This document shows positions 23,528 to 37,141 of a DNA stretch of 64,000 bases, one piece after another. Position numbers and translations under genes: made by a program. Each line of letters starts with the position of its first letter. Positions within the stretch are counted from its first letter, which is position 1. The DNA is from Somniosus microcephalus. Lineage: Eukaryota. Below the pieces are notes generated by a model that was not told the origin of the DNA, made no database searches, and saw only the letters and a program-made list of their open reading frames with translations. The stretch is taken from the NCBI GenBank assembly GCA_052327205.1, contig JBMRGM010000038.1, positions 11,904,001 through 11,968,000 of the forward strand. Reading direction: 5' to 3'.

Positions 23528-24149
23528 TGCATCGACTCCATAGGAACAGGAGGAGGCCATTCAGCCCCTCGAGCCTGTTGCGCCATTCAATTAGATCAGG
23601 ACTGGGCTGTATCATCACTTCATTTACCCGCTTTGTTTCCGTAACCCTTAATAACCTTATCCACAAAAATCTATCAACAGTAGCAACAATTGTGAGCCTA
23701 AACGCGCTCCTCTCCCGGATCCAGACAGAAAAGGTTTCTTACTGACGGCCACCCTGCAGATTAATGAATTATATTTCTGAACTACAGGGCATCAGAGATT
23801 CCAGGGTTTAAAAGGGAACACAAGATGAAATGGGCCTCACTGTGGGTCAGTTTTCGCTCACTCAAATGTATCTGATTAGTGAAGTGAAATAAAGAAAAAT
23901 TAAAGAATGAGAGAGAAGCCGCTTAGCCCTATTGACAAGAGAATAATCTCACCATACATCTCTTCCATTCCCAGTTCTAACGATGGTTAATTGACCCGAA
24001 AGGTTCACTCTGTATCGTTATCCAGAGGTACTGCCTGGCCTCTTGATATTTTCCAGCATTTTCTGTTTCTATTTCAGATTTGCAGCAATTTTCTTTTGTC
24101 ATTCGGAACAAACCCGCTGCCTGTTCATCCACAGCAAGTTAAAACATAA

Positions 24150-24212
24150 TGTCCCCGCCCGGGCGCGAACCGGAACTTTTCGCGTATAAAGCGAACGTGA
24201 TAACCACTACAC
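24150..24212 (-). pseudogene. tRNA-Val-body pseudogene with TAT anticodon
   Basis: ttcgc-ttTATac-gcgaa arm; 5' acceptor deleted. Confidence 0.75.
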
Positions 24213-24546
24213 GGGGTAACTGACCAGTGAACACCCTCTGTGCTGATTGGTTCACCTTAAACAGCATCACTCAATATAAAGGATGAGCTTACAAAACCAG
24301 CCGCAGTGCAGTCTGGTCAACGACAGCCCTCCTTTCTTTATCAACAGAGGAAGAACAGACATGAACGGGAGTCAGACGCCACAACATTTAATTAGAGGCA
24401 CAAATACGAGTAACACATACTTCCACATCATTTCACTAAAACATTATTTCACTTGATGTAAACGTTGACTGCATTGTATCTGAAAATGAGCACCGTGTGA
24501 TATTTTGTTCACTGTTGATTCTATTCTCTGCGAGCAGTGACGCAGA

Positions 24547-24619
24547 GTTTTTCGTAGTGTAGCGGTTATCACGTTCACGTCAAAAGCGACAAGTACCCGG
24601 TTCGACTGCTGGCGGAAAA
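24547..24619 (+). pseudogene. tRNA-Val(CAC-derived) pseudogene
   Basis: Val 5' half intact, anticodon arm degenerate. Confidence 0.75.
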
Positions 24620-24896
24620 GTTACATTCGCCAGCAGTTTATGCTGTGCATTGACCAATCCTGTTAATTTAAAAAAAAGTTGCCCCAGATTTCTGCTTTCA
24701 TAAGCAATGAATATTTTAAACCAGGTTCCTGAAATACAATGTGCAAAATGAAATATGGTAAACAGTTCATTACTTACAAAGGGCAAAATGCGTTATTGAA
24801 GTGTGTTTCGCTTTTATTTCATTCTGTAAATTATGGTAATCGGTTATTTAATGGTGATTGCAAAAGATTCAACTTCCAATAGTGGCGGCAAAACGA

Positions 24897-24976
24897 GCGC
24901 TCCTTTGTGATTTGAACCGCGGACTTCTCGGAAATTTAAACAACCACCGAAGCGAAAATCGGACCCCGAGAACGCC
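24897..24976 (-). pseudogene. tRNA-Pro(CGG) pseudogene with intron-like insert
   Basis: Reverse complement gattttcgcttCGG-tggttgtttaaattt-ccgagaagtccgcggttcaaatc. Confidence 0.7.
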
Positions 24977-25744
24977 GGTTCAAACCGAGCCGAGTGAGGA
25001 TCTAACCATTGATAAAAGAATTTGTGTGTGTGGCTATTCTTCATGATCAGAGCACCTGAGATCGAGAAAGTGTCTTTGCCTTTTCGACCTGTCTTCTGAA
25101 GCGCCGCCCGGTCCCACTCCTACAGTTAATGAGCTGTTAGGACGTTAATGTATCCGGGCTGCAGGAGGCCGCCCCAGGCGCAGCAGAGGGGTCCCGGCAT
25201 TAGTTCTGCGTGGAAACAGTATTATCCCCTTCTCGCTTCCTCTTCTCTATATCCATGTGCTTTTATTTCTCTATTTCTACTCCCGTCTCAGTTTCCTGAA
25301 TCATAACATGGTGCGGACATTTTTACAGACGCGCGTTTATATTACTTATTGAAAGGACACACAGTTGGAACGTTTGAAACTGCAATTTGAACCCTGTCGC
25401 TGACTTTGTGTTTTCCTATTAATCTTTATTGTTCTGCTTCCACATTCTCAATGAGAAACTTCTCAGCCTCAATTTTTAAATTAAATATGACCGACCTCTT
25501 TAGTCAGCGACACGCGAGGGGAGATTCCTTAAATCAGCGCCAACTTTCCCCAAATCCTCCTTAATGTCCCGCTATCTGTGTCCTATAAGGGAAATATCAT
25601 TGAGAATTACTTCACTCACTGTAACGCTGCCATTTGAAAGGTATAAATCGCCTGTCAATGCGTCTTTTATTTCTACTGAACCAAACATGCAAATTATTCC
25701 AGTTTTCATATTTACTAAACTTGAATGGAGAAAAGGCATTAAAT

Positions 25745-25817
25745 TGCTTCCACCCACTTTAGAACCGTTGAGCTTTCGTGTGTTAGCGGAATGCGATAAC
25801 CACTGCACACCGGAAAC
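25745..25817 (-). pseudogene. tRNA-Val(AAC) pseudogene
   Basis: 73 nt, ctAACac loop, degenerate T arm. Confidence 0.75.
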
Positions 25818-26454
25818 ACTCCAGCACTCGGGTGCACTGCATCGACTCCATAGGAGCAGGAGGAGGCCATTCAGCCCCTCGAGCCTGTTGCGCCATTCAA
25901 TTAGATCAGGACTGGTCTGTATCATCACTTCATTTACCCGCTTTGTTTCCGTAACCCTTAATACCCTTATAAACAAAAATCTATCGACACTAGCAGCAAT
26001 CTTGAGCCTAAACGCGCTCCTCTCCCGGATCCAGACAGAAAAGGTTTCTTACTGACGGCAACCCTGCAGATTAATGAATTACATTACTGAACTTCAGGGC
26101 ATCAGAGATTCTAGGGATTAAAAGGGAACAAAAGATGAAATGGGCCTCACTGTGGGTCAGTTTTCGCTCACTCAAATGTATCTGATTAGTGAAGTGAAAT
26201 AAAGAAAAATTAAATAATAAGAGAGAAGCCGCTTAGCCCTATTGACAGGAGAATACTCTCACCATACATCTCTCCCGTTCCCAGTTCTAACGCTGGGTAA
26301 TTGACCTGAAAGGTTCACTCTGTATCTTTATCCACAGATACTGCCTGACCTCTTGATGATTTCCAGCATTTTCCGTTTCAGATTTACAGTAATTATCTTT
26401 TGTCATTCGGAACAAACCCGCTGGTTGTTCATCCACAGCGAGTATTAAAAATAA

Positions 26455-26516
26455 TGTTCCCGCCCGGGCACCTTTCGCGTGTAAAGCGAACGTGATAACC
26501 ACTACACTACGGGAAC
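26455..26516 (-). pseudogene. tRNA-Val(TAC) pseudogene, T loop deleted
   Basis: Acceptor, D and anticodon arms intact (ttTACac); gttcgag segment missing. Confidence 0.85.
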
Positions 26517-26873
26517 CGCTGCACACATGCATTCTGCACAGGGGCACTGACCAGTGAACTGCCTCTGTGCTGATTGGTTCACCTTAAGCAGCATCACTCA
26601 ATATGAAGGATGAGCTCACAAAACCAGCCGCAGTGCAGTCTGGTCAACGACAGCCCTCCTTTCTTTATCAACAGAGGAAGAACAGACATGAACGGGAGTC
26701 AGACGCCACAACATTTAATTAGAGGCAGAAATACGAGTAACACATACTTCCAGATCATTTCACTAAAAAATTATTTCACTTGATGTAAACGTTGACTGCA
26801 TTGTATCTGAAAATCAGCACCGTGCGATATTTTGTTCACTATTGATTCTATTCTCTGCGAGCAGTGACGCAGA

Positions 26874-26946
26874 GTTTTTCGTAGTGTAGCGGTTGTCACG
26901 TTCACGTCAGAAGCGACAAGTATCCGGTTCGACTGCTGGTGGAAAG
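26874..26946 (+). pseudogene. tRNA-Val(CAC-derived) pseudogene
   Basis: Homologue of 18999-19071. Confidence 0.75.
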
Positions 26947-27222
26947 GTTACATTCGCCAGCAGTTTATGCTGTGAATTGACCAATCCGGTTAATTAAAAA
27001 AAAAGTTGCCCCAGATTTCTGCTTTCATAAGCAATGATAATTTTAAACGAGGTTCCTAAAATACAATGTGCAAAATGAAATATGGTAAACAGTTCATTAA
27101 TTACAAAGGGCAAAATGCGTTATTGAAGTGTGTTTCGCCTTTCTTTCATTCTGTAAATTATGGTAATCGGTTATTTAATGGTGATTGCAAAAGATTCAAC
27201 TTCCAATAGTGGCGGCAAAACG

Positions 27223-27303
27223 AGCGCTCCTTTGTGATTTGAACCGCGGACTTCTCGGAAATTTAAACAACCACCGAAGTGAAAATCGGACCCCGAGAAC
27301 GCT
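27223..27303 (-). pseudogene. tRNA-Pro(CGG) pseudogene with intron-like insert
   Basis: Homologue of 24897-24976. Confidence 0.65.
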
Positions 27304-28070
27304 GGTTCAAACCTAGCCGAGTGAGGATCTAACCATTGATAAAAGAATTTGTGTGTGTGGCTATTCTTCATGATCAGAGCACCTGAGATCGAGACAGTGT
27401 CTTTGCCTTTTCGACCTGTCTTCTGAAGCGCCGCCCGGTCCCACTCCTACAGTTAATGAGCTGTTAGGACGTTAATGTATCCGGGCTGCAGGAGGCCGCC
27501 CCAGGCGCAGCAGAGGAGTCCCGGCATTAGTTCTGCGTGGAAACAGTATTTTCCCCTTCTCTCTTCCTCTTCTCTATATCCATGTGCTTTTATTTCTCTA
27601 TTTCTACTCCCGTCTCAGTTTCCTGAATCATAACATGGTGTGGACATTTTTACAGCCGCGCTTTTATATTACTTATTGAAAGGACACACAGTTGGAACGA
27701 TTGAAACTGCAATATGAATCCTGTCGCTGAACTTATGTTTTCCTATTAATCTTTATTTTTCTGCTTCCATATTCTCAATGAGAAACTTCTCAGCCTCAAT
27801 TTTTAAATAAAATATGACCGATCTCTTTAGTCATCGACACGCGAGGGGAGATTCCCTAAATCAGTGCTAACTTTGCCCAAATCCTCCTTAAATCCCGCTA
27901 TCTGTGTCCTATATGGGAAATATCATTGAGAATTACTTCACTCCTTGTAACGCTGCCATTTGAAAGGTATAATTCGCCTGTCAATGCGTATTTTACTTAT
28001 ACTGAAACAAGCATGCAAATTATTCTAGTTTTCATATTTACTAAACTTGAATGGAGAAAAGGCATTAAAT

Positions 28071-28143
28071 TGCCTCCACCCACTTTCGAACCGTTGAGTT
28101 TTCGTGTGTTAGCGGAATGCGATAACCACTGCACACCGGAAAC
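28071..28143 (-). pseudogene. tRNA-Val(AAC) pseudogene
   Basis: 73 nt, ctAACac loop, gttcgaa B-box core retained, stems mismatched. Confidence 0.75.
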
Positions 28144-28786
28144 ACGCCAGCACTCGGGTGCATTGCATCGACTCCATAGGAACAGGAGGAGGCCATTCAG
28201 CCCTTCGAGCCTGTTGCGCAAATCAATTAGATCAGGACTGGGCTGTATCATCACTTCATTTACCCGCTTTGTTTCCGGAACCCGTAATACCTTTATCCAC
28301 AAAAATCTATGGACAGTAGCAGCAATCTTGAGCCTAAACGCGCTCCTCTCCCGGATCCAGACGGAAAAGGCTTCTTACTGACGGCCACCCTGCAGATTAA
28401 TGAATTACATTTCTGAACTTCAGGGCATCAGAGATTCCAGGGATTAAAAGGGAACAAAAGATGAAATGAGCCTCACTGTGGGTCCGTTTTCTCTCGCTCA
28501 AATGTATCTGATTAGTGAAGTGAAGTAAAGAAAAATTAAAGAATAAGAGAGAAGCCGCTGTAGCTCTATTGACAAGAGAATAATCTCACCATACATCTCT
28601 CCCGTTCCCAGTTCTAACGATGGTTAATTGACCTGAAAGGTTCACTCTGTATTTTTATCCACAGATGCTGCCTGACCTCTTGATAATTTCCAGCATTTTC
28701 CGTTTCTATTTCAGATTTACAGCAATTTTCTTTTGCCATTCGGAATAAACCCGCTGGCTGTTCAACCACAGCAAGTTTAAACATAA

Positions 28787-28859
28787 TGTTCCCGCCAGGG
28801 CTGCAACCGGGGACTTTTCGCGTGCAAAGCTAGCGTGAAAACCACCACACTACGGGAAC
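28787..28859 (-). pseudogene. tRNA-Val-body pseudogene with TGC anticodon
   Basis: 73 nt, ttTGCac loop; B box damaged (ggttgcagc). Confidence 0.75.
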
Positions 28860-29216
28860 TTCTGTACACATGCCTTCTCCACAGGGGAACTGACCAGTGA
28901 ACTCCCTCTGTGCTGATTGGTTCACCTTAAACAGCATCGCTCAATATAAAGGATGAGCTCACAAAATCAGCCGCAGTGCAGTCTGGTCAACGACATCCCT
29001 ACTTTCTGTATCAACAGAGGAAGAACAGACATGACCGGGAGTCAGACGCCACAACATTTAATTAGAGGCACAAATACGAGTAACACATACTTCCACATCA
29101 TTTCACTAAAAAAATATTTCACTTGATGTAAACGTTGACTGCATTGAATCTGAAAATGAGCACCGTGTGATATTTTGTTCACTATTGATTCTGTTTTCTG
29201 CGAGCAGCGATGCAGA

Positions 29217-29290
29217 GTTTTTCGTAGTGTAGCGGTTGTCACGTCCACCTCAGACGCGACGCAGTACCCGGTTCGACCCCTGGCGGAAAA
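29217..29290 (+). pseudogene. tRNA-Val(CAC-derived, CAG) pseudogene
   Basis: Homologue of 18999-19071. Confidence 0.75.
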
Positions 29291-29439
29291 GTTACATTCG
29301 CCAGTATTTTATGCTGTGCTGTGACCAATCCTGTTAATTTTTTTAACAAGTTGCCCCAAGATTTCTGCTTTCATTAGCAATTCATATTTTAAACGAGGTT
29401 CCTAAAATACAATGTGCAAAAGGAAATATGGTTAACAGT

Positions 29440-32400
29440 TAAGAACATAAGAACATAAGAAATAGGAGCAGGACTAGGCCATACGGCACCTCGGGCCTGA
29501 TCCGCCATTCAATAGGATCATGGCTGATCTGAATCTAGACTCACGTCCACTTCCCTGCCCTCTCCCCGTACCCCCTAATTCCCTTATCTGCTAGGAAAAT
29601 GTCTATCTCCATTTTAAATTTATTTGATGTTGCAGCTTCCACAGCTCTCTGGGGTAGCGGGTTCCATAGATTTACTACCCTCTGAGTGAAGAAGTTTCTC
29701 CTCATCTCAGTTTTGAAAGGGCAGCCCCTTATTCTAAGATTATGCCCCCTAGTTCTAGTCTCACCCAGCAGTGGAAACATCCTCACCACATCCACCCGAT
29801 CAAGCCCCCTCGCAATCTTATATGTTTCGGTAAAATCGCCTTTCATTCTTCTGAACTCCAATGAGTAGAGTCCCAACCTACTCAACGTTTCCTCATACGT
29901 CAACCCCCTCAACTCTGGAATCAACCGAGTGAACCTTCTTTGAACCGCCTCGAGAGCAAGTATATCCTTTCTTAAATATGGAAACCAAAACTGCACGCAG
30001 TATCCCAGGTGTGGCCTCACCAATACCCTGTATAACTGCAGCAAGACTTCCCTGTTTTTATACTCCATCCCCCTTGCAATAAAAGCCAAGATTCCATTGG
30101 CCTTCCTGAATACCTGCTGCACCTGCATACTAACATTTTGTGTTTCGTGCACCAGAACCCCCAGATCCCTTTGTACTGTAGCACTTTGCAGTTTCTCTCC
30201 ATTTAGATAATAACTTGCTCTTTGATTTTTCTGCCAAAGTGCATAACCTCGCACTTTCCAACATTATATTGCATCTGCCAAATCTCTGCCCACTCACTTA
30301 GCCTGTCTATGTCCTTTTGCAGGTTTTTTATGTCCTCCTCACTCAATGCTTTCCCTCCCATCTTTCTATTGTCGGCAAACTTGGATATTTTGCACTTGGT
30401 CCCTTCCTCCAAATCGTTAATATAGATTGTAAAGAGTTGGGGTCCCAGCACTGACCTCTGTGGAACACCACTAGTTACTGATTGCCAGCCCGAGAATGAA
30501 CAATTTATCCCAACTCTTTGTTTTCTGTTAGATAGCCAATCTTCCACCCGTGCCAGTATATTACCCCGAATCCAGTGATTTTTTTTATCTTGATCAGTAA
30601 TCTTTTGTGTGGAACCTTGTCAAATGCCGTTTGGAAGTCCAAATACACTAGATCCACTGGTTCCCCTTTATCTACCCTGTATATTAGATCCTCAAAGAAT
30701 TCGAGCAAATTTGTCAAACCTGACTTCCCCTTCATAAAACTATGCTGACTCTGTCCTATTAAATTATGTTTATCCAAATGCTCTGTTACTGTTTCCTTAA
30801 TAATGGACTCCAACATTTTGCCAAACACAGATGTTAGGCTAACTGGTCTATAGTTTCCAGCTTTTTGTCTACTTCCCTTCTTAAATAAGGGTGTTACATT
30901 AGCAGTTTTCCAATCTGCCGGGACCTTTCCTGAGTCCAGGGAGTTCTGGAAAATGATCACCAATGCATCCAAAATCCCTACCGCCACTTCTCTCAAGACC
31001 CTAGGATGTAGGCTATCAGGTCTGGTGGATTTATCCACCTTAAGTCCCATTATTTTATTGAGTACCATCTCCTTAGTGATTTTAATCGTGTTTAGCTCTC
31101 CCACCCCCCCCCCCCCCCAATTGCCCCCTGTTTGTCCAGTGTTGGGATATTTTTAGTGTCCTCTACTTTAAAGACTGATACAAAATATTTGTTCAGCGAC
31201 TTTGCCATCTCCATGTTCCCCACCACTAGTTTCCCGGTCCCATCCTCTAAGGGACCAACGTTCACTTTAGCCACACTTTTTCTTTTTATATAGCTGTAGA
31301 AACTCTTGCTATCTGTTTTTATATTTTTTGCTAGTTTACTTTCATAATCTATCTTCCCTTTCTTAATTAATCTTTTAGTTATTGTTTGCTGGCTTTTAAA
31401 TGCTTCCCAATCTTATATCCTCCCACTAGATTTGGCTAATTTATATGCCCTTGTTTTCAGTCGAATACTATCCTTTATTACTTTACTAAGCCACGGATGG
31501 CTGTCTTTTCTTTTACTCCCCTTTTTCCTCAGTGGAATATATTTATCTTGAAAGATGTGAAATATCTCCTTCAATGTAGACCACTGCTCTTGTACCATCT
31601 TACACTTTAATCTGTTTTCCCAGTCCACTTTTGTCTATTCTACTCTCATACCTTCACAGTCTCCTTTATTTAAGCTTAGCACGCTGGTTTGAGATCCAAC
31701 TCTCTCACCCTCAAACTGAATTTGGAATGCAACCATATTATGGTCACTCATTCCAAGGGGGTCCTTTACTAGCACATTTGTTATTAATCCTGTCTCATTA
31801 CACAGAACCAGATCTAAGATTGCCTGCTCCCTGGTTGGTTCAGTTACATACTGCTCAAGGAACCCGTCCCTAATACACTCTATGAACTCTTCCTCAATGC
31901 TGCCATGCCCAATTTGATTAGTCCAGTCAATATGAAAGTTAAAATCCCCCATGATTATAGCTGTTCCCTTATTACAAGCCCCAACTATTTCCTGACTTAT
32001 ACTCCGACCAACAGAGTTGCAACTGTTAGGAGGCCTATAGACTACGCCCACTAGTGACTTTTACCCCTTATTATTCCTTATCTCCACCCAAACTGTTTCA
32101 CTATCCTGATCCTTTGACCCAATGTCATTTCTGACTATTGCAGTGATTCCATCCTTGATTAACATGGCAACCCCACCTCCCTTTCCTTCCTGTCTGTCCT
32201 TCCTAATTGTCAAATACCCTTGTATGTTTAGATCCCAGTCATGATTATCTTGCAGCCATGTTTCCGTAATTGCCACCAGATCATACCCATGTGTAGTTAT
32301 TTGCACCGCCAAGTCGTCAATTTTGTTACGAATGCTGAGTGCATTCAGATAAAGAACTTTCAAATATGTTTTCTGACAATTTATTCCTGCTTTTACCACT

Positions 32401-33247
32401 TTTACTACTTTACCTTGTTCATTATGCATTCTGTCCCTTCCTGAAACGCTCTGGTTTTTAATTCCCCCACTGCTACCTTGCTCTATTGCCTTCTCCACTG
32501 TCATTTTTATTTTTCGCGCTCTTAAAACCTCCCCCCAACTAATTAGTTTAAAGCCCTCCCTACAGCCCTAATTATTCGATTCGCCAGGATTCTAGTCCCA
32601 GCACTGGCCAAGTGAAGTCCGTCCCAACGGAACAGCTCTCTCCTGTCCCAGTACTGATGCCAGTGTCCCAGGAAGCAAAACCCATTTCTCCCACACCAGT
32701 CTTTGAGCCACGCTTTTAACTCTCTAATTTTATTTAACCTAGCCAAATTTTCACGTGGCTCAGGTAGTAATCCAGAGATTAATACCTTTGTGGTTCTGCT
32801 TTTTAATTTGGCCCCTAGCTGCTCAAACTCCCTCAGCAGAACCTCCTTCCTTGTCCTATCTATGATGTTGGTACCAACATGGACCAAGACAACTGGATCC
32901 TCCCCCTCCCACTCCAAGTTTCTCTCCAGCCCAGAGGAGACGTCCTTAACCCTGGCACCGGGCAGGCAACACAGCCTTCGGGTCTCTCGCTCTCGGCTGC
33001 AAAGAATTCTATCTATCCCCCTAACGATACTATCCCCTACCACTACAACATTTCTTTTAACTCCCCCCACTTGAGTGGCCCCCCGCTCCACGGTGCTGTG
33101 GCCGGGTTGCTCATCCTCCCCGCAGTCCCTGTTCCCATCCTCACAGGGAGTAAGAGCCTCAAACCTGTTGGACAAGATCAAGGGCTTCGGCTCCTCCAAC
33201 ACTACCTCCTGGATCCCCGTACCTGCCTCACTTCTAGTCAAAAATCA
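29440..33247 (-). mobile_element. CR1 LINE, near full length; ORF1 SGNH-esterase part plus disrupted ORF2 (APE + RT)
   Basis: ORF1 VVVVGDSIVRG...HVGTN...DGLHL (32543-33241); ORF2 YLNA, AITETWL, MGDFN, SDH, LDFQTAFDKVPH, KFAD; aagaacataagaacataag tail. Confidence 0.95.
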
Positions 33248-33408
33248 CATTACTTACAAAGGGCAAAATGCGTTATTGAAGTGTGTTTCGCCTTTCTTTC
33301 ATTCTGTAATTAATGGTAACCGGTTATATAATGGTGTTTGCAAAAGATTCAACTTCAAGTTCAATAGTGGCGGCAAAACGAGCGCTCGTTTGTGATTTGA
33401 ACCGCAGA

Positions 33409-36400
33409 CTTGGCAGGGGGATGGGGTACAGAGTGGAGCTATAGTAGGGGGTGATTGACAGCCAAATACAGAGGGAAAAACAAGTCAGCTGGGAAGGCAA
33501 AGCAAATATGTGAAGGCAAAAGAGAATATGGCAGGGCTGGAAGGCATTTATTTTAATGCAAGGAGTCTTGCAAATAAGGTGGATGAACTGAAGTTGTTGT
33601 TGAACACATGGGAGTACGATATTGTTGCTATCACGGAGACATGGTTGAGGGAGGGTCAGGACTGGCAGCTCAATATTCCGGGGTATAGAATCTTCAGGCG
33701 AGACAGAGGGGGGTGTAAAAGGGGAGGGGGTGTTGCAATATTAATTAAGGAGTCAATTACTGCTGTAAGGAGGGATGATATATTAGCGGGTTCCTCTAAT
33801 GAGGCCATATGGGTAGAACTTAAAAACAAAAAGGGGGCAAACACTTTGCTGGGAGTGTACTATAGGCACCCAAACAGTCAGGGGGAGATAGAGGAACAGA
33901 TATGTAGGCAAATCTCAGAAAAGTGCGAAAATAATAGGGTAATAATAGTGGGGGATTTCAACTTCCCCAATATAAATTGGGATAGTCAGAGTGTGAAAGG
34001 CTTAGAGGGTGCAGAATTCTTAAAGTGCATCCAGGAGAGCTTTTTGAGCCAACATGTAGAAAGTCCTACAAGAGAGGGGGCGGTACTGGACCTAATTCTG
34101 GGGAATGTAGCCGGGCAAGTGGTGGAAGTGTCAGTAGGAGAGCATTTTGGCGACAGTGACCACAATTCGGTGAGATTTAAGGTGGTCATGGAAAAAGACA
34201 AAGACAGCCCGGAAATAAGGGTTCTAAATTGGGGGAAGGCCGATTTTAATATGATAAGGCAGGATCTGGCCAAATTGGACTGGGAGCAGCTACTTATAGG
34301 AAAATCCGCATCAAAACAGTGGGAGACTTTCAGAAGGGAAATAGAGAGAGTACAACGCCAACATGTTCCTGTAAAGGTCAAGGGTGGGACCAACAAGCAA
34401 AGGGAACCTTGGATGACAAGGGATATACAAAAATGCATTAGAAATAAAAGGGGGGCTTTTGGCAGTTACAAAAACTAAAGACGGAAGAAGCCCTAGAGGA
34501 GTATAAAAAATGCAGGGGCATACTTAAAAAAGAAATTAGGAGGGCGAGGAGGGGCCATGAAATAACACTGGCGAGCAAAATAAAGGAAAATCCTAAGATG
34601 TTTTATAAGTATATTAAGGGCAAGAGGATAACCAGGGAAAGGGTAGGGCCCATTAGGGACCAAAGCGGCAATCTGTGTGTAGAGCCAGATGATGTAGGCG
34701 GGGTTTTAAATGAATTTTTTGCATCTGTGTTCACTATGGAGAAAGATGATGCAGACATAGAAATCGGGCAAGGGGGCTGTGACATACTTGAACATATTAG
34801 CATCGAGAGGGAGGAGGTGCTATCGGTTTTAGCAGGCCAAAAAGTGGATAAATCCCCAGGCCCGGACGAGATGTATCCCAGGCTGCTGTGGGAGGCAAAG
34901 GAGGAGATTGCAGGGGCTCTGACACAAATTTTCAGAACCTCTCTGGCCACAGGGGATGTACCAGAGGACTGGAGAACAGCTAACGTAGTACCATTATTCA
35001 AGAAGGGTAGCAGGGATAAACCAGGGAATTACAGGCCAGTGAGCCTAACATCTGTGGTAGGGAAATTATTGGAAAAAATTCTGAGGGACAAAATTAGTCT
35101 CCACTTGGAGAGGCAAGGATTAATCGGGGATAGTCAGCATGGCTTTGTCAAGGGTAAATCATGTCTGACAAATCTGATTGAATTTTTCGAGGGGGTGACT
35201 AGGGGGGTGGATGAGGGAAATGCTGTGGATGTGGTTTACATGGACTTCAGTAAAGCTTTTGACAAAGTCCCGCATAGGAGACTGGTCAAGAAGGTAAGAG
35301 CCCATGGGATCCAGGGTGCCTTGGCGCGTTGGATCCTAAACTGGCTGAGTGGCAGGAGGCAGAGGGTGATGGTCGAAGGTTGCTTTTGTGACTGGAAGCC
35401 TGTGTCCAGTGGGGTACCTCAGGGATCGGTGCTGGGTCTCTTGTTGTTTGTGATCTACATAAATGATTTGGATGAGAATGTAAAAGGTATGATCAGTAAG
35501 TTCGCAGATGACACGAAAATTGGTGGGGTGGTAAATTGTGAGGAGGAAAGCCTCAGGCTACAGGACGATATAAACGGGTTGGTCAGATGGGCGGAAAAGT
35601 GGCAAATGGAATTTAACCCTGAAAAGTGCGAGGTGATGCATTTTGGACGGACAAATAAGGCAAGGGAATACACAATGAGTGGTAGGACCCTAGGAAGTAC
35701 AGAGGGTCAGAGGGACCTTGGTGTACATGTACATAGATCCCTGAAGGCAGCGGAACAGGTAGATAAGGTGGTTAAAAAGGCATATGGGATACTTGCCTTC
35801 ATTAGCCGAGGCATAGAATATAAGAGCAGGGAGGTTATGATGGAGCTGTACAAAACGCTGGTGAGGCCACAGCTGGAGTACTGTGTGCAGTTCTGGTCGC
35901 CTCACTATAGGAAGGATGTGATTGCTTTGGAGAGGGTGCAGAGAAGATTCACCAGGATGTTACCTGGGATGGAGCGCCTCAGCTATGAAGAGAGGCTGGA
36001 CAGGCTGGGGTTGTTTTCCTTGGAGCAGAGAAGGCTGAGGGGGGACCTGATTGAGGTGTACAAAATGATGAGGGGCATAGTTAGGGTAGATAAAGAGGGA
36101 CTTTTCCCCTTAGTAGGGGGGTCAATAACAAGGGGGCATAGATTCAGGGTAAGGGGCAGGAGATTTAGAGGGGATTTGAGGAGGAACTTTTTCACCCAGA
36201 GTGTGGATGGAATGTGGAACTCAATGCCTGAAAGGTTGGTGGAGGCAGGAACCCTCACAACATTCAAGAAGCATTTGGATGAGCACTTGAAATGCCATTG
36301 CATACAAGGTTATGGACCAAATGCTGGAAAATGGGATTAGACTGGACAGGGATGGATGGGCGGCGCAGACACGATGGGCCGAAGGGCCTCTTTCTGTGCT

Positions 36401-36430
36401 GTAAAACTCTATGACTCTATGACTCTATGA
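33409..36430 (+). mobile_element. CR1 LINE, 5' truncated, inserted in a tRNA-Pro-like pseudogene
   Basis: Complete ORF2 span and (gactctat)n tail; Pro-like gene split between ~33381-33410 and 36431-36485. Confidence 0.95.
33510..36340 (+). pseudogene. CR1 ORF2 (APE endonuclease + reverse transcriptase) with one frameshift
   Basis: ORFs 33510-34478 and 34598-36340; 1-nt deletion near 34472 relative to the 45072 copy; FADD motif intact. Confidence 0.9.
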
Positions 36431-37069
36431 CTTCTCGGAAATTTAAACAACCACCGAAGCGAAAATCGGACCCCGAGAACGCTGGTTCAAACCTAGCCGA
36501 GTGAGGATCTAACCATTGATAAAATAATTTGTGTGTGTGGCTATTCTTCATGATTAGAGCATTGAGAGGAGAAAGTGTCCATGTGCTTTTATTTCTCTAT
36601 TTCTACTCCCGTCTCAGTTTCCTGAATCATAACATGGTGCGGACATTTTACAGCCGCGCTTTTAGATTACTTATTGAAAGAACACACAGATGGAACGATT
36701 GAAACTGCAGTTTGAATCCTGTCGCTGACCTTGTGTTTTTCTGTTAATCTTTATTGTTCTGTTTCCCCATTCTCAATGAGAAACTTCTCAGCCTCAATTT
36801 TAAAAAGAAATATGACCGACCTCTTTATTCAGCGACACGCGAGGGGAGATTCCCTAAATCAGCGCCAACTTTCCCCAAATCCTCATTAAAGTCCCGCTAT
36901 CTGTTTCCTATGTGGGATTTATCACTGAGAATTACTTCACTCACTGTGACGCTGCCATTTGAAAGGTATAAGTCGCCTGTCAATGCGTTTTTTATTTATA
37001 CTGAACCAAACATGCGAATTATTCCAGGTTTCATATTTACTGAACTTGAATGGAGAAAAGGCATTAAAT

Positions 37070-37141
37070 TGCCTCCACCCACTTTCGAACCGTTGAGTTT
37101 TCATGTGCTAGCGGATGCGATAACCACTACACATCGGAAAC
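37070..37141 (-). pseudogene. tRNA-Val(AAC-position) pseudogene
   Basis: Homologue of 17859-17931; loop reads ctAGCac. Confidence 0.7.

Noticed and set aside
25564-28381. Recurrent ORFs (MRITSL...FTKLEWRKGIKLPPP...) in array units
   Set aside because: They run through tRNA pseudogenes and a CR1 remnant; starts, stops and frames differ between units
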